From the NCBI GenBank assembly GCA_015059405.1, contig SVAL01000005.1:34016-98015 (forward strand): a stretch of 64,000 nt of DNA. Reading direction: 5' to 3'. The position numbers were made by a program, and so were the translations under genes. Of this stretch, positions 26,820 to 36,872 are shown piece by piece. How positions within the stretch are numbered: the first letter of the stretch is position 1; each line of letters opens with the position of its first letter. Source of the DNA: Bacillota bacterium (GTDB lineage Bacteria > Bacillota_I > Bacilli_A > RF39 > UBA660). The notes under the pieces were generated by a model. That model was not told the origin of the DNA. It worked only from the letters and a program-made list of their open reading frames with translations, and did no database searches.

Positions 26820-27449
26820 ATGAAGGATTTAGACAAAAGGAATATGCCTCTATATATAATTGTTTTATCGTTAATACTTATATTTCCTTTAGGAGTATAT
26901 TATATTGTTTTAAAAACAGAAGAAAATTTACGTAATATTAAGAAAGTAGCAACTAATTTCAAGATAGTTGGTTTTTTAGGAATATTAGTTGGTGTTATAT
27001 ATTTTTTAGCTAATTATTCTGTATATGTTTCTTTAATAGATAGTCATATGAATTTAGATATGTATTCTTTTAATTTTATATATATTTATGTATATATAAT
27101 TATGGTTGTAATTAGTTCTTTTATTGGATCTTCATATTTAAATAAAATATGTGAAAGATTTATGATTTATACTGAGTTTATTAATATTAGACATATTAAA
27201 GATATTACTATTATTCAAGATGAGACTTTAGAAAATATAGAAGATGTAAAAAATAATATTAATAAGTTAATAAAACTTGGATATTTAGTTAATGTTAAAG
27301 TTTCTAATGATAATATAATTTCCACAAAAACTGTGGATAAAAAGAAATTAGTCAAATGTAAGACATGTGGAAATATTGAAATTTTAGATAAAGATAAAGT
27401 TAGATGTACTTTTTGTATGAGAAAATTAACTAAGAAAGATCGTATGTAG
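26820..27449 (+). CDS. Membrane protein with a C-terminal zinc-ribbon (CKTCG...CTFC).
   Basis: 3-4 TM helices and a C-terminal CxxC-x13-CxxC. RBS aggaggagt. Confidence 0.5.
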   Translation: MKDLDKRNMPLYIIVLSLILIFPLGVYYIVLKTEENLRNIKKVATNFKIVGFLGILVGVIYFLANYSVYVSLIDSHMNLDMYSFNFIYIYVYIIMVVISSFIGSSYLNKICERFMIYTEFINIRHIKDITIIQDETLENIEDVKNNINKLIKLGYLVNVKVSNDNIISTKTVDKKKLVKCKTCGNIEILDKDKVRCTFCMRKLTKKDRM

Positions 27450-27460
27450 TAGGTATTAAT

Positions 27461-28549
27461 ATGGATGAAAATAATTTTAATAACAATATTAATAATAATG
27501 TAAATAATCTAAGTAATAATACCAATATAAATAGTAGTGTGATGCCTAGTAGTAATATGTATGGTGGTGTTAGTAGTTATACAAATACTGAACCTGTTAT
27601 GACTGAAGAAAGAAGATTATATTTACTTGAAAAAGAACAAAAGATAAATCAAAGAAATAAGAAGAGAAAGATTTTTGGTATATCTATATTAGTAATAGCT
27701 TTATCTATTATAGTGATATTTTTATATAAGAATTATTTTAGACCTGTAGAAATTGATAGTAGAATAGATAAAGATTCTATTCATTATGTTACGGATTTAT
27801 ATTATAGTGATGGTAGATATTATAATGAATATTTAGATGTTAAAGAAAAGAAAATTTATATAGAATTTTTAAATGATTTAAAGAATGTTGAAAAAGAAAC
27901 TGTACTTGATTGTAGAGATTTTGGTTATAGTGATGAACATGTATGTGCTGGTTCTATTTCTAAAATTGTTGATATTGTTTTAATGGAACATCCTGATTTG
28001 TTTTGGTATCGAACATCTAGTTATTCATATGGTACTGGAATTGGTGTTGTAATAAAACATCATTATGTAACTCAAAATAAATTAAGTTTATATTTTGTTG
28101 AAAGAAGACTGCTTAGAAAAATAGATGAACTTGCTTCTAAGTTTGAGAAATTAAGTGAAGAGGAACAAGTTAAAGCAGTTTATACTTGGCTTGGTGAGAC
28201 TACAACTTATAGTACCATTATGACTAGAAAAAGTGGTACGGCTTGGAGTGCTTTATTAAGTGATGATAGTGTATGTGCTGGTTTTGCAGCGGCTAGTCAG
28301 TTATTATTTCAAAGACTAGGAATAGATTCTATTTTAGTAGTAGGTAATTATGATGGAGAAGGTCATGCTTGGAATTTTGTTGAGTTAGATGGTGTTTATT
28401 ATTGGTATGACTCAACTGTTGCTGGTAGTGTCTCTAAGAATAGTGATTATTTCTATAGTGGATTATTTTTTAGTGATAATAGTAGATATGAACCTGCTGT
28501 TTTAGATATGAAAAATTTTAAATTTGGAAGTAAAGAAAAAGAGAGTTAG
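27461..28549 (+). CDS. Transglutaminase-like cysteine-protease-fold protein with an Asn-rich N-terminal low-complexity region and one TM helix.
   Basis: DSVCAGFAAASQLLFQRLGI...GEGHAWNFVELDGVYYWYDST, the transglutaminase-core Cys/His/Asp pattern. Confidence 0.6.
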   Translation: MDENNFNNNINNNVNNLSNNTNINSSVMPSSNMYGGVSSYTNTEPVMTEERRLYLLEKEQKINQRNKKRKIFGISILVIALSIIVIFLYKNYFRPVEIDSRIDKDSIHYVTDLYYSDGRYYNEYLDVKEKKIYIEFLNDLKNVEKETVLDCRDFGYSDEHVCAGSISKIVDIVLMEHPDLFWYRTSSYSYGTGIGVVIKHHYVTQNKLSLYFVERRLLRKIDELASKFEKLSEEEQVKAVYTWLGETTTYSTIMTRKSGTAWSALLSDDSVCAGFAAASQLLFQRLGIDSILVVGNYDGEGHAWNFVELDGVYYWYDSTVAGSVSKNSDYFYSGLFFSDNSRYEPAVLDMKNFKFGSKEKES

Positions 28550-28593
28550 AACTCTCTTTTTTTATTTACATATATTATTCTAGGGGTGGTGCA

Positions 28594-28833
28594 GTGATAG
28601 ATTTATCTTTAGATAAGTGTTTGGTAGGAGAAAAGGTTTATGTTGAAAGAGTAGAATCTTTATTCGATATAAAAAGACGACTTTTAGATATTGGTCTTAG
28701 TTATGGTACTGAAGTAGTAGTTTTATATGATAGTATTTGTGGAGGAATTAGAGCGTATAAGATTAGGAATACTTTGATTGGTATTAGAGATAATGATGCG
28801 AAAAATATTATTGTGAGGCGAAGAAATGCATAA
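28594..28833 (+). CDS. feoA: Ferrous iron transport protein A.
   Basis: 79-aa SH3-like FeoA (LVGEKVYVERVES...LLDIGLSYGTEVVV). It overlaps feoB. Confidence 0.8.
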   Translation: MIDLSLDKCLVGEKVYVERVESLFDIKRRLLDIGLSYGTEVVVLYDSICGGIRAYKIRNTLIGIRDNDAKNIIVRRRNA

Positions 28834-30826
28834 TAAAAAAATTGCTTTAGCAGGTAATCCTAATGTAGGTAAAAGTACGATTTTTAATTCTTTAACTCAT
28901 TCAAGAGAGCATACAGGAAATTGGGCTGGTAAGACAGTTGGAACTACAGAAGGAATAATGAAATATAAAGATACAAAACATTATGTTTATGATTTACCTG
29001 GAATTTATTCTTTACTTCCACATTCAGAAGAAGAAAGAATAGCAAGAGATTTTTTAATATTTGACGATTATGATTTTATAATTGTTGTATGTGATGCTTC
29101 ATCTTTACTTAGAAATCTTAATTTAGTATTACAGTTAAAAGAAATAAATAAAGATTTAGTTTTATGTTTAAATTTAATTGATGAAGCAAAAAAGAAAAAT
29201 ATAAGTATAAATAAAGTTTTATTAGAAAAATTATTAGATATTAAAGTTATTGAAACTTGTGGTTTTGAAAAGAATAGTTTAAATAAATTAAAAGAGTTTA
29301 TATATAATTATAAAGGTAGAAAGAGTAGTTCTTTTAAGTTAAAATATTCTTCTTTTATAGAAGATAAAATTTCTTATATAAGTTCTTTTTTAGATAAATA
29401 TGATTTATCTATTGATAAGAGATGGTTAAGTTTAAATATTTTAAGAAGAGATGAAATGGTTGTTAGTTATATTAATAATCTTTTAAATATAGATATTTTA
29501 TCAGAGTTAGAAATAGGTGTTTATGATATAGATGATGAAATGGTTGAATGTATTAATAATAAAGCTAGTGATATATATAATAAGACAGTTTCTTTTGATA
29601 AAGATTATTCTAAAGATAGAGTTCTTGATAAAATATTTACTAGTAAGTCATTAGGTATACCAATAATGTTATTGTTTTTAGGATTAATATTTTTACTTAC
29701 GATAAAGATTAGTAATTATCCTTCTAGTATGTTATTTAGTTTTTTTTCTTATTTAGAAGATATTTTATTTAATAGTTTAATTGATTTAGGTATTTCTAAA
29801 GTTTTAGTAGATTTATTTGTTAATGGGGTATATAAAGTTACTACATGGGTTATTAGTGTAATGTTACCACCAATGATGATATTTTTTCCATTATTTACTC
29901 TTTTAGAAGATTTTGGTTATTTACCAAGAATAGCATTTAATTTAGATGGAATGTTTAGTAAATGTTCTTCTTGTGGTAAACAAGCTTTAACTATGGCTAT
30001 GGGGTTTGGTTGTAATTGTGTAGGGGTTACTGGGTGTCGAATTATTGATTCTAAGAGAGAAAGGTTAATTGCGATACTTACTAATGTATTTATTCCTTGT
30101 AATGGTAAGTTTCCAACGATAATCGCACTTATTTCGATGTTTTTTGTAGGAATAAATAGTAGTTTATCATCACTATTTTTATCAACAGGAATATTATTGT
30201 TAATAATTTTATTTTGTGTATTGATGACTTTTTTAGTTTCTAAGATATTATCTATGACAATATTATCAGGTTACTCTTCATCTTTTGTTTTAGAACTTAC
30301 GCCTTATCGTAGACCTAGAATTATGAAAACAATTATAACTTCTATTTTTGAGAGAACTTTATTTGTTCTTGGTAGAGCAGTAATAGTAGCAATTCCATGT
30401 GGTTTTATAATTTGGTGTTTAGCAAATATTAATATTTCAGGTATTAGTATATTAAATCATTTAATTAGTTTTTTTAATCCTTTTGGTAATTTACTAGGAT
30501 TAGATGGTGTAATTATTTTATCTTTTCTTTTAGGATTTCCTGCTAATGAAATAATTATGCCAATTATGCTTATGTGTTATTTGAATAGTGGTTCATTGGT
30601 TGAATATAGTAGTTTATTTGAATTAAGAAATTTACTTATAGATAATGGATGGACTATTTTAACGGCAGTATCAGTAATTATATTATTTTTATTTCATTAT
30701 CCATGTTCAACGGCTTGTCTTACAATAAAAAAAGAAACTGATTCATGGTATTATACTTTTTTATCAATTGTTATACCAACTTTTATAGGGGTATTCCTAT
30801 GTTTTATAATTAATTTATTATTTTGA
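28826..30826 (+). CDS. feoB: Ferrous iron transport protein B.
   Basis: N-terminal G-domain IALAGNPNVGKSTIFNSLT, and a polytopic membrane C-terminal domain. Confidence 0.9.
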   Translation: MHNKKIALAGNPNVGKSTIFNSLTHSREHTGNWAGKTVGTTEGIMKYKDTKHYVYDLPGIYSLLPHSEEERIARDFLIFDDYDFIIVVCDASSLLRNLNLVLQLKEINKDLVLCLNLIDEAKKKNISINKVLLEKLLDIKVIETCGFEKNSLNKLKEFIYNYKGRKSSSFKLKYSSFIEDKISYISSFLDKYDLSIDKRWLSLNILRRDEMVVSYINNLLNIDILSELEIGVYDIDDEMVECINNKASDIYNKTVSFDKDYSKDRVLDKIFTSKSLGIPIMLLFLGLIFLLTIKISNYPSSMLFSFFSYLEDILFNSLIDLGISKVLVDLFVNGVYKVTTWVISVMLPPMMIFFPLFTLLEDFGYLPRIAFNLDGMFSKCSSCGKQALTMAMGFGCNCVGVTGCRIIDSKRERLIAILTNVFIPCNGKFPTIIALISMFFVGINSSLSSLFLSTGILLLIILFCVLMTFLVSKILSMTILSGYSSSFVLELTPYRRPRIMKTIITSIFERTLFVLGRAVIVAIPCGFIIWCLANINISGISILNHLISFFNPFGNLLGLDGVIILSFLLGFPANEIIMPIMLMCYLNSGSLVEYSSLFELRNLLIDNGWTILTAVSVIILFLFHYPCSTACLTIKKETDSWYYTFLSIVIPTFIGVFLCFIINLLF

Positions 30827-30858
30827 TATGTTACAATTAATTTAAGGACTTGATGTAT

Positions 30859-31491
30859 ATGATAGATTTAGATATTAATGCTTTTTATTTTCATTCAATT
30901 ATTTTAGGAAAAGATGAATCTTTAGAGGTTTTAGATCGAATTTTTAAAAGTGGTAAGATACTTTCTTTAAATAAAGGAGGATATGATTCAAAAACTTTGA
31001 GGATGAATTATCGAGATGAAGTTTGTCTTAGTAGAAGAAGTGTTTCAAATTTATCAGTAGGTGCTTATGATTTGTTTGCGAAGAAAAAATTAAGTCTAAT
31101 TGTTAAAGGTACTTTACCAGGTATTTATAAACCATCTATTATTTCGGAAAGAGACTCTTTTAAATATGTAGAAATGGGGAAAACGGATTTAGAAGGTGAG
31201 TACCGAGTAAAAGATGAGATACCACTTGATTATGTAGTTGGGTTAAATTTACCAGTTGGTTTTATTTTAGATAGTATGTTTGGATATAAATATTTTTTTA
31301 GTAGTAGTGAAGAGTTTAGAAAGATGAAGTTTGTTAGTGGTAAGAACAGATTAAAAGATGTTGTTAGCTATTATGAAGAATTAAATGAAATTATGAGAAA
31401 AAATAATATATTTTTACCTATTTACGATATAGAGTCTAATATGATGATAGAAAGTTCATTAGATATAGAAAAAATTAAGAAAAAGATATAA
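30859..31491 (+). CDS. Hypothetical protein.
   Basis: ORF. I prefer the start at ATG 30859, 10 nt after AAGGA. Confidence 0.45.
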   Translation: MIDLDINAFYFHSIILGKDESLEVLDRIFKSGKILSLNKGGYDSKTLRMNYRDEVCLSRRSVSNLSVGAYDLFAKKKLSLIVKGTLPGIYKPSIISERDSFKYVEMGKTDLEGEYRVKDEIPLDYVVGLNLPVGFILDSMFGYKYFFSSSEEFRKMKFVSGKNRLKDVVSYYEELNEIMRKNNIFLPIYDIESNMMIESSLDIEKIKKKI

Positions 31492-31556
31492 GTTGCTTTA
31501 TTAGTGACTTTTTTCTTTTTATATGATAGAATTATAGGCAGTTTTGAGGTGATAAA

Positions 31557-33155
31557 ATGATTCAAGTTAATAATGTTACTTTAAAGTTTGGAAAGCGTAC
31601 TTTATTTGAAGATGTTAATATTAAATTTACTCCAGGGAATTGTTATGGGTTAATTGGAGCTAATGGAAGTGGAAAAAGTACTTTTTTAAAGATTTTATCA
31701 GGGGAAATTGATACTACTCATGGTGAAGTTATTATTGATAAAGGTGAAAGACTTGCTGTACTTCGTCAAAATCATTATGAATATGATGAAGAAAGAGTTA
31801 TTGATACTGTTATTATGGGGAATAGTCGTTTATATGCGATTATGAAAGAAAAAGAAGAATTATATTCTCATACTGAGTTTACAGATGAAGATGGAATGAG
31901 ACTAGGTGAACTAGAAGCTGAATTTATGGAACTTAATGGATGGGAAGCAGAAAGTGAAGCAGCAGAACTTTTAAATAATTTAGGAGTAGAAGTAGATCTT
32001 CATTATTTACAAATGAAAGAACTTCCTAATAACAAAAAAGTTAAAGTATTACTTGCGCAAGCTTTATTTGGTAATCCAGATATTCTTTTACTAGATGAAC
32101 CTACTAATAACCTAGATATTGAAGCTATTAATTGGTTAGAAGAATTTTTAATTAATTTTAATAATACAGTTATTGTTGTATCACATGATAGACATTTCTT
32201 AAATAAAGTTTGTACGCATATAGCAGATATAGATTATAGTAAGATTAAATTATATATTGGTAACTATGATTTCTGGTATGAATCTAGTCAACTAGCATTA
32301 AAACAAATGAAAGAACAAAATAAGAAGAAAGAAGAAAAGATAAAAGAATTACAATCTTTTATTGCAAGATTCTCTGCGAATGCATCTAAAAGTAAGCAAG
32401 CTACTAGTAGAAAGAAAATGTTAGATAAGATAGTTTTAGATGAAATAGTTCCATCATCTAGAAAATATCCTTTTATTGATTTTAAACCAGAAAGAGAAAC
32501 TGGTAAGGAAGTATTAACTGTTAAAAATATTAGTAAAACAATAGATGGTAAGAAAGTATTAAATAATGTTAGTTTTATTATGCAAAAGGGAGATAAGATT
32601 GCTTTTGTAGGGACTAATAATATTGCTAAGACTGCTTTGTTTAGAATATTAATGGGTGAAGATATGCCTGATAGTGGTACAGTGGAATGGGGAAAAACTG
32701 TTAAGTGTAGTTATATGCCTCAAGATAATGCTGAATATTTTAATAAAGATCAAGACATTACTGAATGGATGGGTAATTATTATCATGTAGATGATGTTAC
32801 TGTATTACGTGGATTTTTAGGTAGAATGTTATTTTCTGGAGAAGAAGTATTTAAAAAAGTAGGAGTTTTATCTGGAGGAGAAAAGGCTAGATGTATGTTA
32901 TCTAAAATTATGTTAGAAGCAGGTAATGTTATTATTTTAGATGAACCTACAAACCACTTGGATCTTGAAAGTATTACGTCTTTAAATAATGGATTAATGA
33001 AGTTTAATGGAGAATTATTATTTTCTTCTCATGACCATCAATTTGTTCAAACAACAGCTAATAGAATTATTGAACTTACTGATGATGGTTTAATAGATAG
33101 AATGACTGATTACGATACTTATTTAGAAGAAAAAATGAAAAGAGAAAATAAATAA
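31557..33155 (+). CDS. ABC-F family ATPase (tandem ABC domains, no TMD). Translation factor or ARE type.
   Basis: Two Walker A motifs (GANGSGKST, GTNNIAKTAL) and signature motifs, separated by a charged linker of about 60 aa. Confidence 0.85.
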   Translation: MIQVNNVTLKFGKRTLFEDVNIKFTPGNCYGLIGANGSGKSTFLKILSGEIDTTHGEVIIDKGERLAVLRQNHYEYDEERVIDTVIMGNSRLYAIMKEKEELYSHTEFTDEDGMRLGELEAEFMELNGWEAESEAAELLNNLGVEVDLHYLQMKELPNNKKVKVLLAQALFGNPDILLLDEPTNNLDIEAINWLEEFLINFNNTVIVVSHDRHFLNKVCTHIADIDYSKIKLYIGNYDFWYESSQLALKQMKEQNKKKEEKIKELQSFIARFSANASKSKQATSRKKMLDKIVLDEIVPSSRKYPFIDFKPERETGKEVLTVKNISKTIDGKKVLNNVSFIMQKGDKIAFVGTNNIAKTALFRILMGEDMPDSGTVEWGKTVKCSYMPQDNAEYFNKDQDITEWMGNYYHVDDVTVLRGFLGRMLFSGEEVFKKVGVLSGGEKARCMLSKIMLEAGNVIILDEPTNHLDLESITSLNNGLMKFNGELLFSSHDHQFVQTTANRIIELTDDGLIDRMTDYDTYLEEKMKRENK

Positions 33156-33217
33156 AATATAGACTAATAAAATTTATTGATATCTATATTTTTCATAATA
33201 TACTATGGGAGGTATTT

Positions 33218-33505
33218 ATGAAGAGTATAGATATTTTTAATTTAATGAATATATCTAATCCTAGAATTGTTGATATTAGAGATAATTATAAGTATAGTTT
33301 AGGTACCATTCCCGGTTCTATTAATGTTCCATATCTTTTTTTGGTTACTAATCCTAGTAATTATTTAAATAAGAATGAAATTTATTATTTATTATGTGAT
33401 AGTGGTAATACTAGTCTTAGATGTTGTTTAGAACTTATGGGAATAGGGTATAATGTTATTAATATAGATGGTGGATATAATAGTTATTTAAAATATAAAA
33501 AATAA
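33218..33505 (+). CDS. Single-domain rhodanese-like sulfurtransferase.
   Basis: 95 aa, with IVDIRDNYKYSLGTIPGSINVP and an active-site CDSG. Confidence 0.65.
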   Translation: MKSIDIFNLMNISNPRIVDIRDNYKYSLGTIPGSINVPYLFLVTNPSNYLNKNEIYYLLCDSGNTSLRCCLELMGIGYNVINIDGGYNSYLKYKK

Positions 33506-33535
33506 AAAGTATAAAAAAATAAAGGCTTAATGCCT

Positions 33536-34042
33536 TTATTTTATGTATCCATTTTGAACTAGTTTTGTTTCTGTTATGATAATAAATGCTTGTTTATCTA
33601 ATTTTTTAATTATATTTTTTACATCACCAATATTTTTATTATTTACTTCTATTAGTAACATATATTTTTTAGCATCATTATATCCTTTAGCGTCAATAAC
33701 TGTTACTCCATAACCACTACCACTAATAACGTCAATTATTTTTTTGTTTTTAGTAATTACTTGTAGAGAAGAATTTCCACTTATAAACTTTTGAGATAAT
33801 TTACCACCTAGAAAAGTTCCAGTAGCAAAACCACCAGCGTATGCTATTGCTACAAAGATACTATTAGAGTCAGTATTAAGGGCTTCTTTAACAACTAAGA
33901 ACCATATTAATACTTCAATAAAACCAATCATACTAGCTTGAATTGGTTTTGCTTTAACAGTAAGAATAGTTCTAAAAGTTCCCATAGTTACATCTGTAAT
34001 TCTTACAAAGAATACTTTTATACATAAAAATAATAATTCCAT
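33536..34042 (-). CDS. UPF0316/DUF2179 family membrane protein (YebE-like).
   Basis: TM segments, then GYGVTVIDAKGY...LIEVNNKN, which parallels B. subtilis YebE GFGVTVFEGEG. Confidence 0.65.
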   Translation of the reverse strand: MELLFLCIKVFFVRITDVTMGTFRTILTVKAKPIQASMIGFIEVLIWFLVVKEALNTDSNSIFVAIAYAGGFATGTFLGGKLSQKFISGNSSLQVITKNKKIIDVISGSGYGVTVIDAKGYNDAKKYMLLIEVNNKNIGDVKNIIKKLDKQAFIIITETKLVQNGYIK

Positions 34043-34179
34043 ATATTCACCTTACCTTATCAAATTGAGTATAAGAAAAATAGTAAACTTTGTCAATTAT
34101 TTAAAAATACCAATTTATTATATTTATTATTTATATTATAATTAGAAATGTAAAATATATAATATAAAGAAGGTGAAGT

Positions 34180-34767
34180 ATGGATATTATTATTAATGAT
34201 ATAGTTAATAATTTAGTTAATTATGTTCAGTTATATGGAATATGGTTAGGATTTTTAATAATTATATTAGAATCAATATTACCATTTTTACCTTTATTTG
34301 TTTTTATAGCATTAAATGTAGAAGCATTTGGATTTATAATAGGTTTTTTATTATCTTGGTCAGCAACAATAGTAGGTTGTTTAATATCTTATTTCTTTTT
34401 TAAATATTTAGTAGGAAATAGAATAGATAAATATATTAATAAGAGTAAGAAGAAAAAAGAAAAATTAAGAAAAGTAGTTAATGCAATTAAAAATGTTAAA
34501 TTTTCAACTTTGGTAGTATTAATGGCTTTACCTTTTTCACCTGCATTTATGTTTAATATAGCTTGTGGAATAACTAAAGTAAATTTTAGAAAGTTCTTTT
34601 TATCTTTATTAATATCTAAATTATCTATAATATATTTTTGGGGATTTATAGGTACTAGTTTATTTGATAGTATTATGGATGTTACAATATTAATAAGAGT
34701 TGTTATAATGTTGTTAGTGGCTTTTATGATATCTAAGTTCGTTATGAAAAAATATAATATAGAATAG
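34180..34767 (+). CDS. TVP38/TMEM64 (DedA-like, SNARE-associated) family membrane protein.
   Basis: Hydrophobic pattern and the LESILPFLPLFVFIALNVEAFGFIIGFLLSW motif region. Confidence 0.6.
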   Translation: MDIIINDIVNNLVNYVQLYGIWLGFLIIILESILPFLPLFVFIALNVEAFGFIIGFLLSWSATIVGCLISYFFFKYLVGNRIDKYINKSKKKKEKLRKVVNAIKNVKFSTLVVLMALPFSPAFMFNIACGITKVNFRKFFLSLLISKLSIIYFWGFIGTSLFDSIMDVTILIRVVIMLLVAFMISKFVMKKYNIE

Positions 34768-34777
34768 GAGTAATTTT

Positions 34778-35863
34778 ATGGAAATAGCAATTATCGTTTT
34801 ATTAAGTATATTAGTTTTATTAGTACTTATATTAATTATATTAGTGCTTAAAAACAAAAAAGATGAAACTAGAATAGTAGAAAAGTTAGGTAGATTTGAA
34901 TTCAATATAACTAAAGAGATTAATTATTTTAAGAATGATTTTGATAAAGAAATAAATGGTAATTTTGATAAGATGAATGAAAAGATTGAAAGAAAATTAA
35001 ATCTTATTAATGATAGAGTTAATGAAAGACTTGATCAAAATTTTGAAAAGACTAATAAGACTTTCTCTAATATATTAGAAAGATTATCTAAAATAGATGA
35101 AGCTCAAAAGAAGATTGAGACTTTATCAGGAGATATAGTATCTTTACAAAGTGTATTAACTGATAAGAAGAGTAGAGGTATATTTGGAGAAGTAAATCTT
35201 AAACATATTTTAAGTAATGTGTTTGGAGAAAAAAATGATAAGATTTATAGACTTCAACATACTTTATCTAATGGTACAATAGCAGATTCGATTTTATTTG
35301 CACCTGAACCTTTAGGAACAATTGCGATTGATTCTAAATTTCCACTTGAAAACTATCAAATGATGGTAGATAAGAAGAATTCTTTAGAAGTTAGAGAAAA
35401 GTGTGAAAAGTTATTTAAAGCAGATATGAAGAAACATATAGATGCGATTAGTAGTAAATACATTATTCCAGATGAAACTAGTGATCAAGCAATTATGTTT
35501 TTACCAGCAGAAGCAATTTTTGCGGAAGTTAATGCATATCATCAAGACGTTATTGATTATGCATATAAGAAACATGTATGGGTAACATCACCAACTACTT
35601 TAATTTCGACTTTAACTGTTGTTCAAATGATTATTAAGAATATGGAAAGAGATAAGTACACATCTATTATTCATAATGAATTAAATAAATTAGGACAAGA
35701 ATTCTCTAGATATAAAGAAAGATGGGATCATTTGGCTAAGAGTATTCAAAGTGTTAATAAAGATGTAGAAAATGTACATATTACTACTGAAAAGATAACT
35801 AAAAGATTTAATGAAATTAGTGGAGTAGAAGTAGATAAATTAGAGTTAGAAGATAAAGATTAG
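34778..35863 (+). CDS. rmuC: DNA recombination protein RmuC.
   Basis: N-terminal TM, long coiled coil, then the RmuC nuclease-like core (SRGIFGEVNLKHIL...FLPAEAIFAE). Confidence 0.75.
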   Translation: MEIAIIVLLSILVLLVLILIILVLKNKKDETRIVEKLGRFEFNITKEINYFKNDFDKEINGNFDKMNEKIERKLNLINDRVNERLDQNFEKTNKTFSNILERLSKIDEAQKKIETLSGDIVSLQSVLTDKKSRGIFGEVNLKHILSNVFGEKNDKIYRLQHTLSNGTIADSILFAPEPLGTIAIDSKFPLENYQMMVDKKNSLEVREKCEKLFKADMKKHIDAISSKYIIPDETSDQAIMFLPAEAIFAEVNAYHQDVIDYAYKKHVWVTSPTTLISTLTVVQMIIKNMERDKYTSIIHNELNKLGQEFSRYKERWDHLAKSIQSVNKDVENVHITTEKITKRFNEISGVEVDKLELEDKD

Positions 35864-35926
35864 TCTTTATCTTTTTTATTTGAATATAAATATCTTTATT
35901 TTTACATAATATAAAGTAGGTGGTTT

Positions 35927-36151
35927 ATGTTAAAGAGAATAATTTTATTTTTAATTGGATTTATTTTAACAGTAATTGGATTTACTTTTATAATTATTTA
36001 TTTAAATTTAACTACTATGGGATATAGTTTTTTAGAATATTTAAAATATATTTTTCAAAGAATAGAATGTTTATTTGGACTTGTTGGAATTATTTTAATT
36101 ATTATTTCTTTATATGAAAAAGGAGGAAAAAGTCTTGATATATATTTATGA
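35927..36151 (+). CDS. Small two-TM membrane protein.
   Basis: 74-aa hydrophobic ORF with RBS aagtaggtgg. Confidence 0.4.
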   Translation: MLKRIILFLIGFILTVIGFTFIIIYLNLTTMGYSFLEYLKYIFQRIECLFGLVGIILIIISLYEKGGKSLDIYL

Positions 36152-36779
36152 TTTAATATTAAATTGGTGTCGCGATAAAAAGTATGAGTTTTTTGAATGG
36201 AAAGAAAATGATGAAATAGAATATATAAAAAAGATTCCTATTTTTAAAGTTAAAAATTTTGATAGTTTATTTAATAATGATATCAAGGTAAGTAAAGATT
36301 TTTTAAATAGAATTTATAATAAGACAGAAGTATATGGTAATAAAAAAATAGATAAAGTAGAATATGCTTGTGTTTTTTGTGATGAAGAATTGAATAAAAC
36401 TTTTGCGATAGAATTTAATGATGAAGGAGAAAATTTGTTTAAAAGTATAATTTATATTTATGATATAGAAGATGTATTTATTTTAGGCAGAAGAATTGAT
36501 TTATTAGATTTGGAGTTTATTATATTAGAAAAGAAAGAAGAAAAAGATATTTATTTAACAAGGGAAGAAATTAAGAAAAAGAAATTATTAGTTAATGAAA
36601 TAAAAAGTTCTTATACTAATAATAATTTAGATAAATTAAAATATTTTTATTATGAAATTTTTGGGATAGAAATAGATGATATAGATATGATTTATGATAA
36701 GTTGATTGATAGTTTAAATAATAATTTTAATTATAAGCATAATGTTATATATGATGTTGTTAATATACCTAATTTTTAA
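36114..36779 (+). CDS. Hypothetical protein.
   Basis: The true start may be TTG at 36135, 8 nt after GGAGG at 36122-36126. Terminator ctaatc-ttt-gattag-T7 at 36778-36801. Confidence 0.5.
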   Translation: MKKEEKVLIYIYDLILNWCRDKKYEFFEWKENDEIEYIKKIPIFKVKNFDSLFNNDIKVSKDFLNRIYNKTEVYGNKKIDKVEYACVFCDEELNKTFAIEFNDEGENLFKSIIYIYDIEDVFILGRRIDLLDLEFIILEKKEEKDIYLTREEIKKKKLLVNEIKSSYTNNNLDKLKYFYYEIFGIEIDDIDMIYDKLIDSLNNNFNYKHNVIYDVVNIPNF

Positions 36780-36795
36780 CTAATCTTTGATTAGT

Positions 36796-36872
36796 TTTTT
36801 TGTGGTATAAAGTAAAATCTTGATATATGCGAATACGAATGATAAAATTATATCTAGAATAGGAATGGTGTT
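36796..36872 (+). promoter_or_regulatory. Conserved promoter and leader of pilin-like paralog 3 (TTGATA-N17-TAAAAT). It is duplicated almost exactly at 39192-39268.
   Basis: A 77-nt block is identical to the block upstream of the next paralog except for 3 mismatches. ttgata-tatgcgaatacgaatga-taaaat. Confidence 0.5.
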
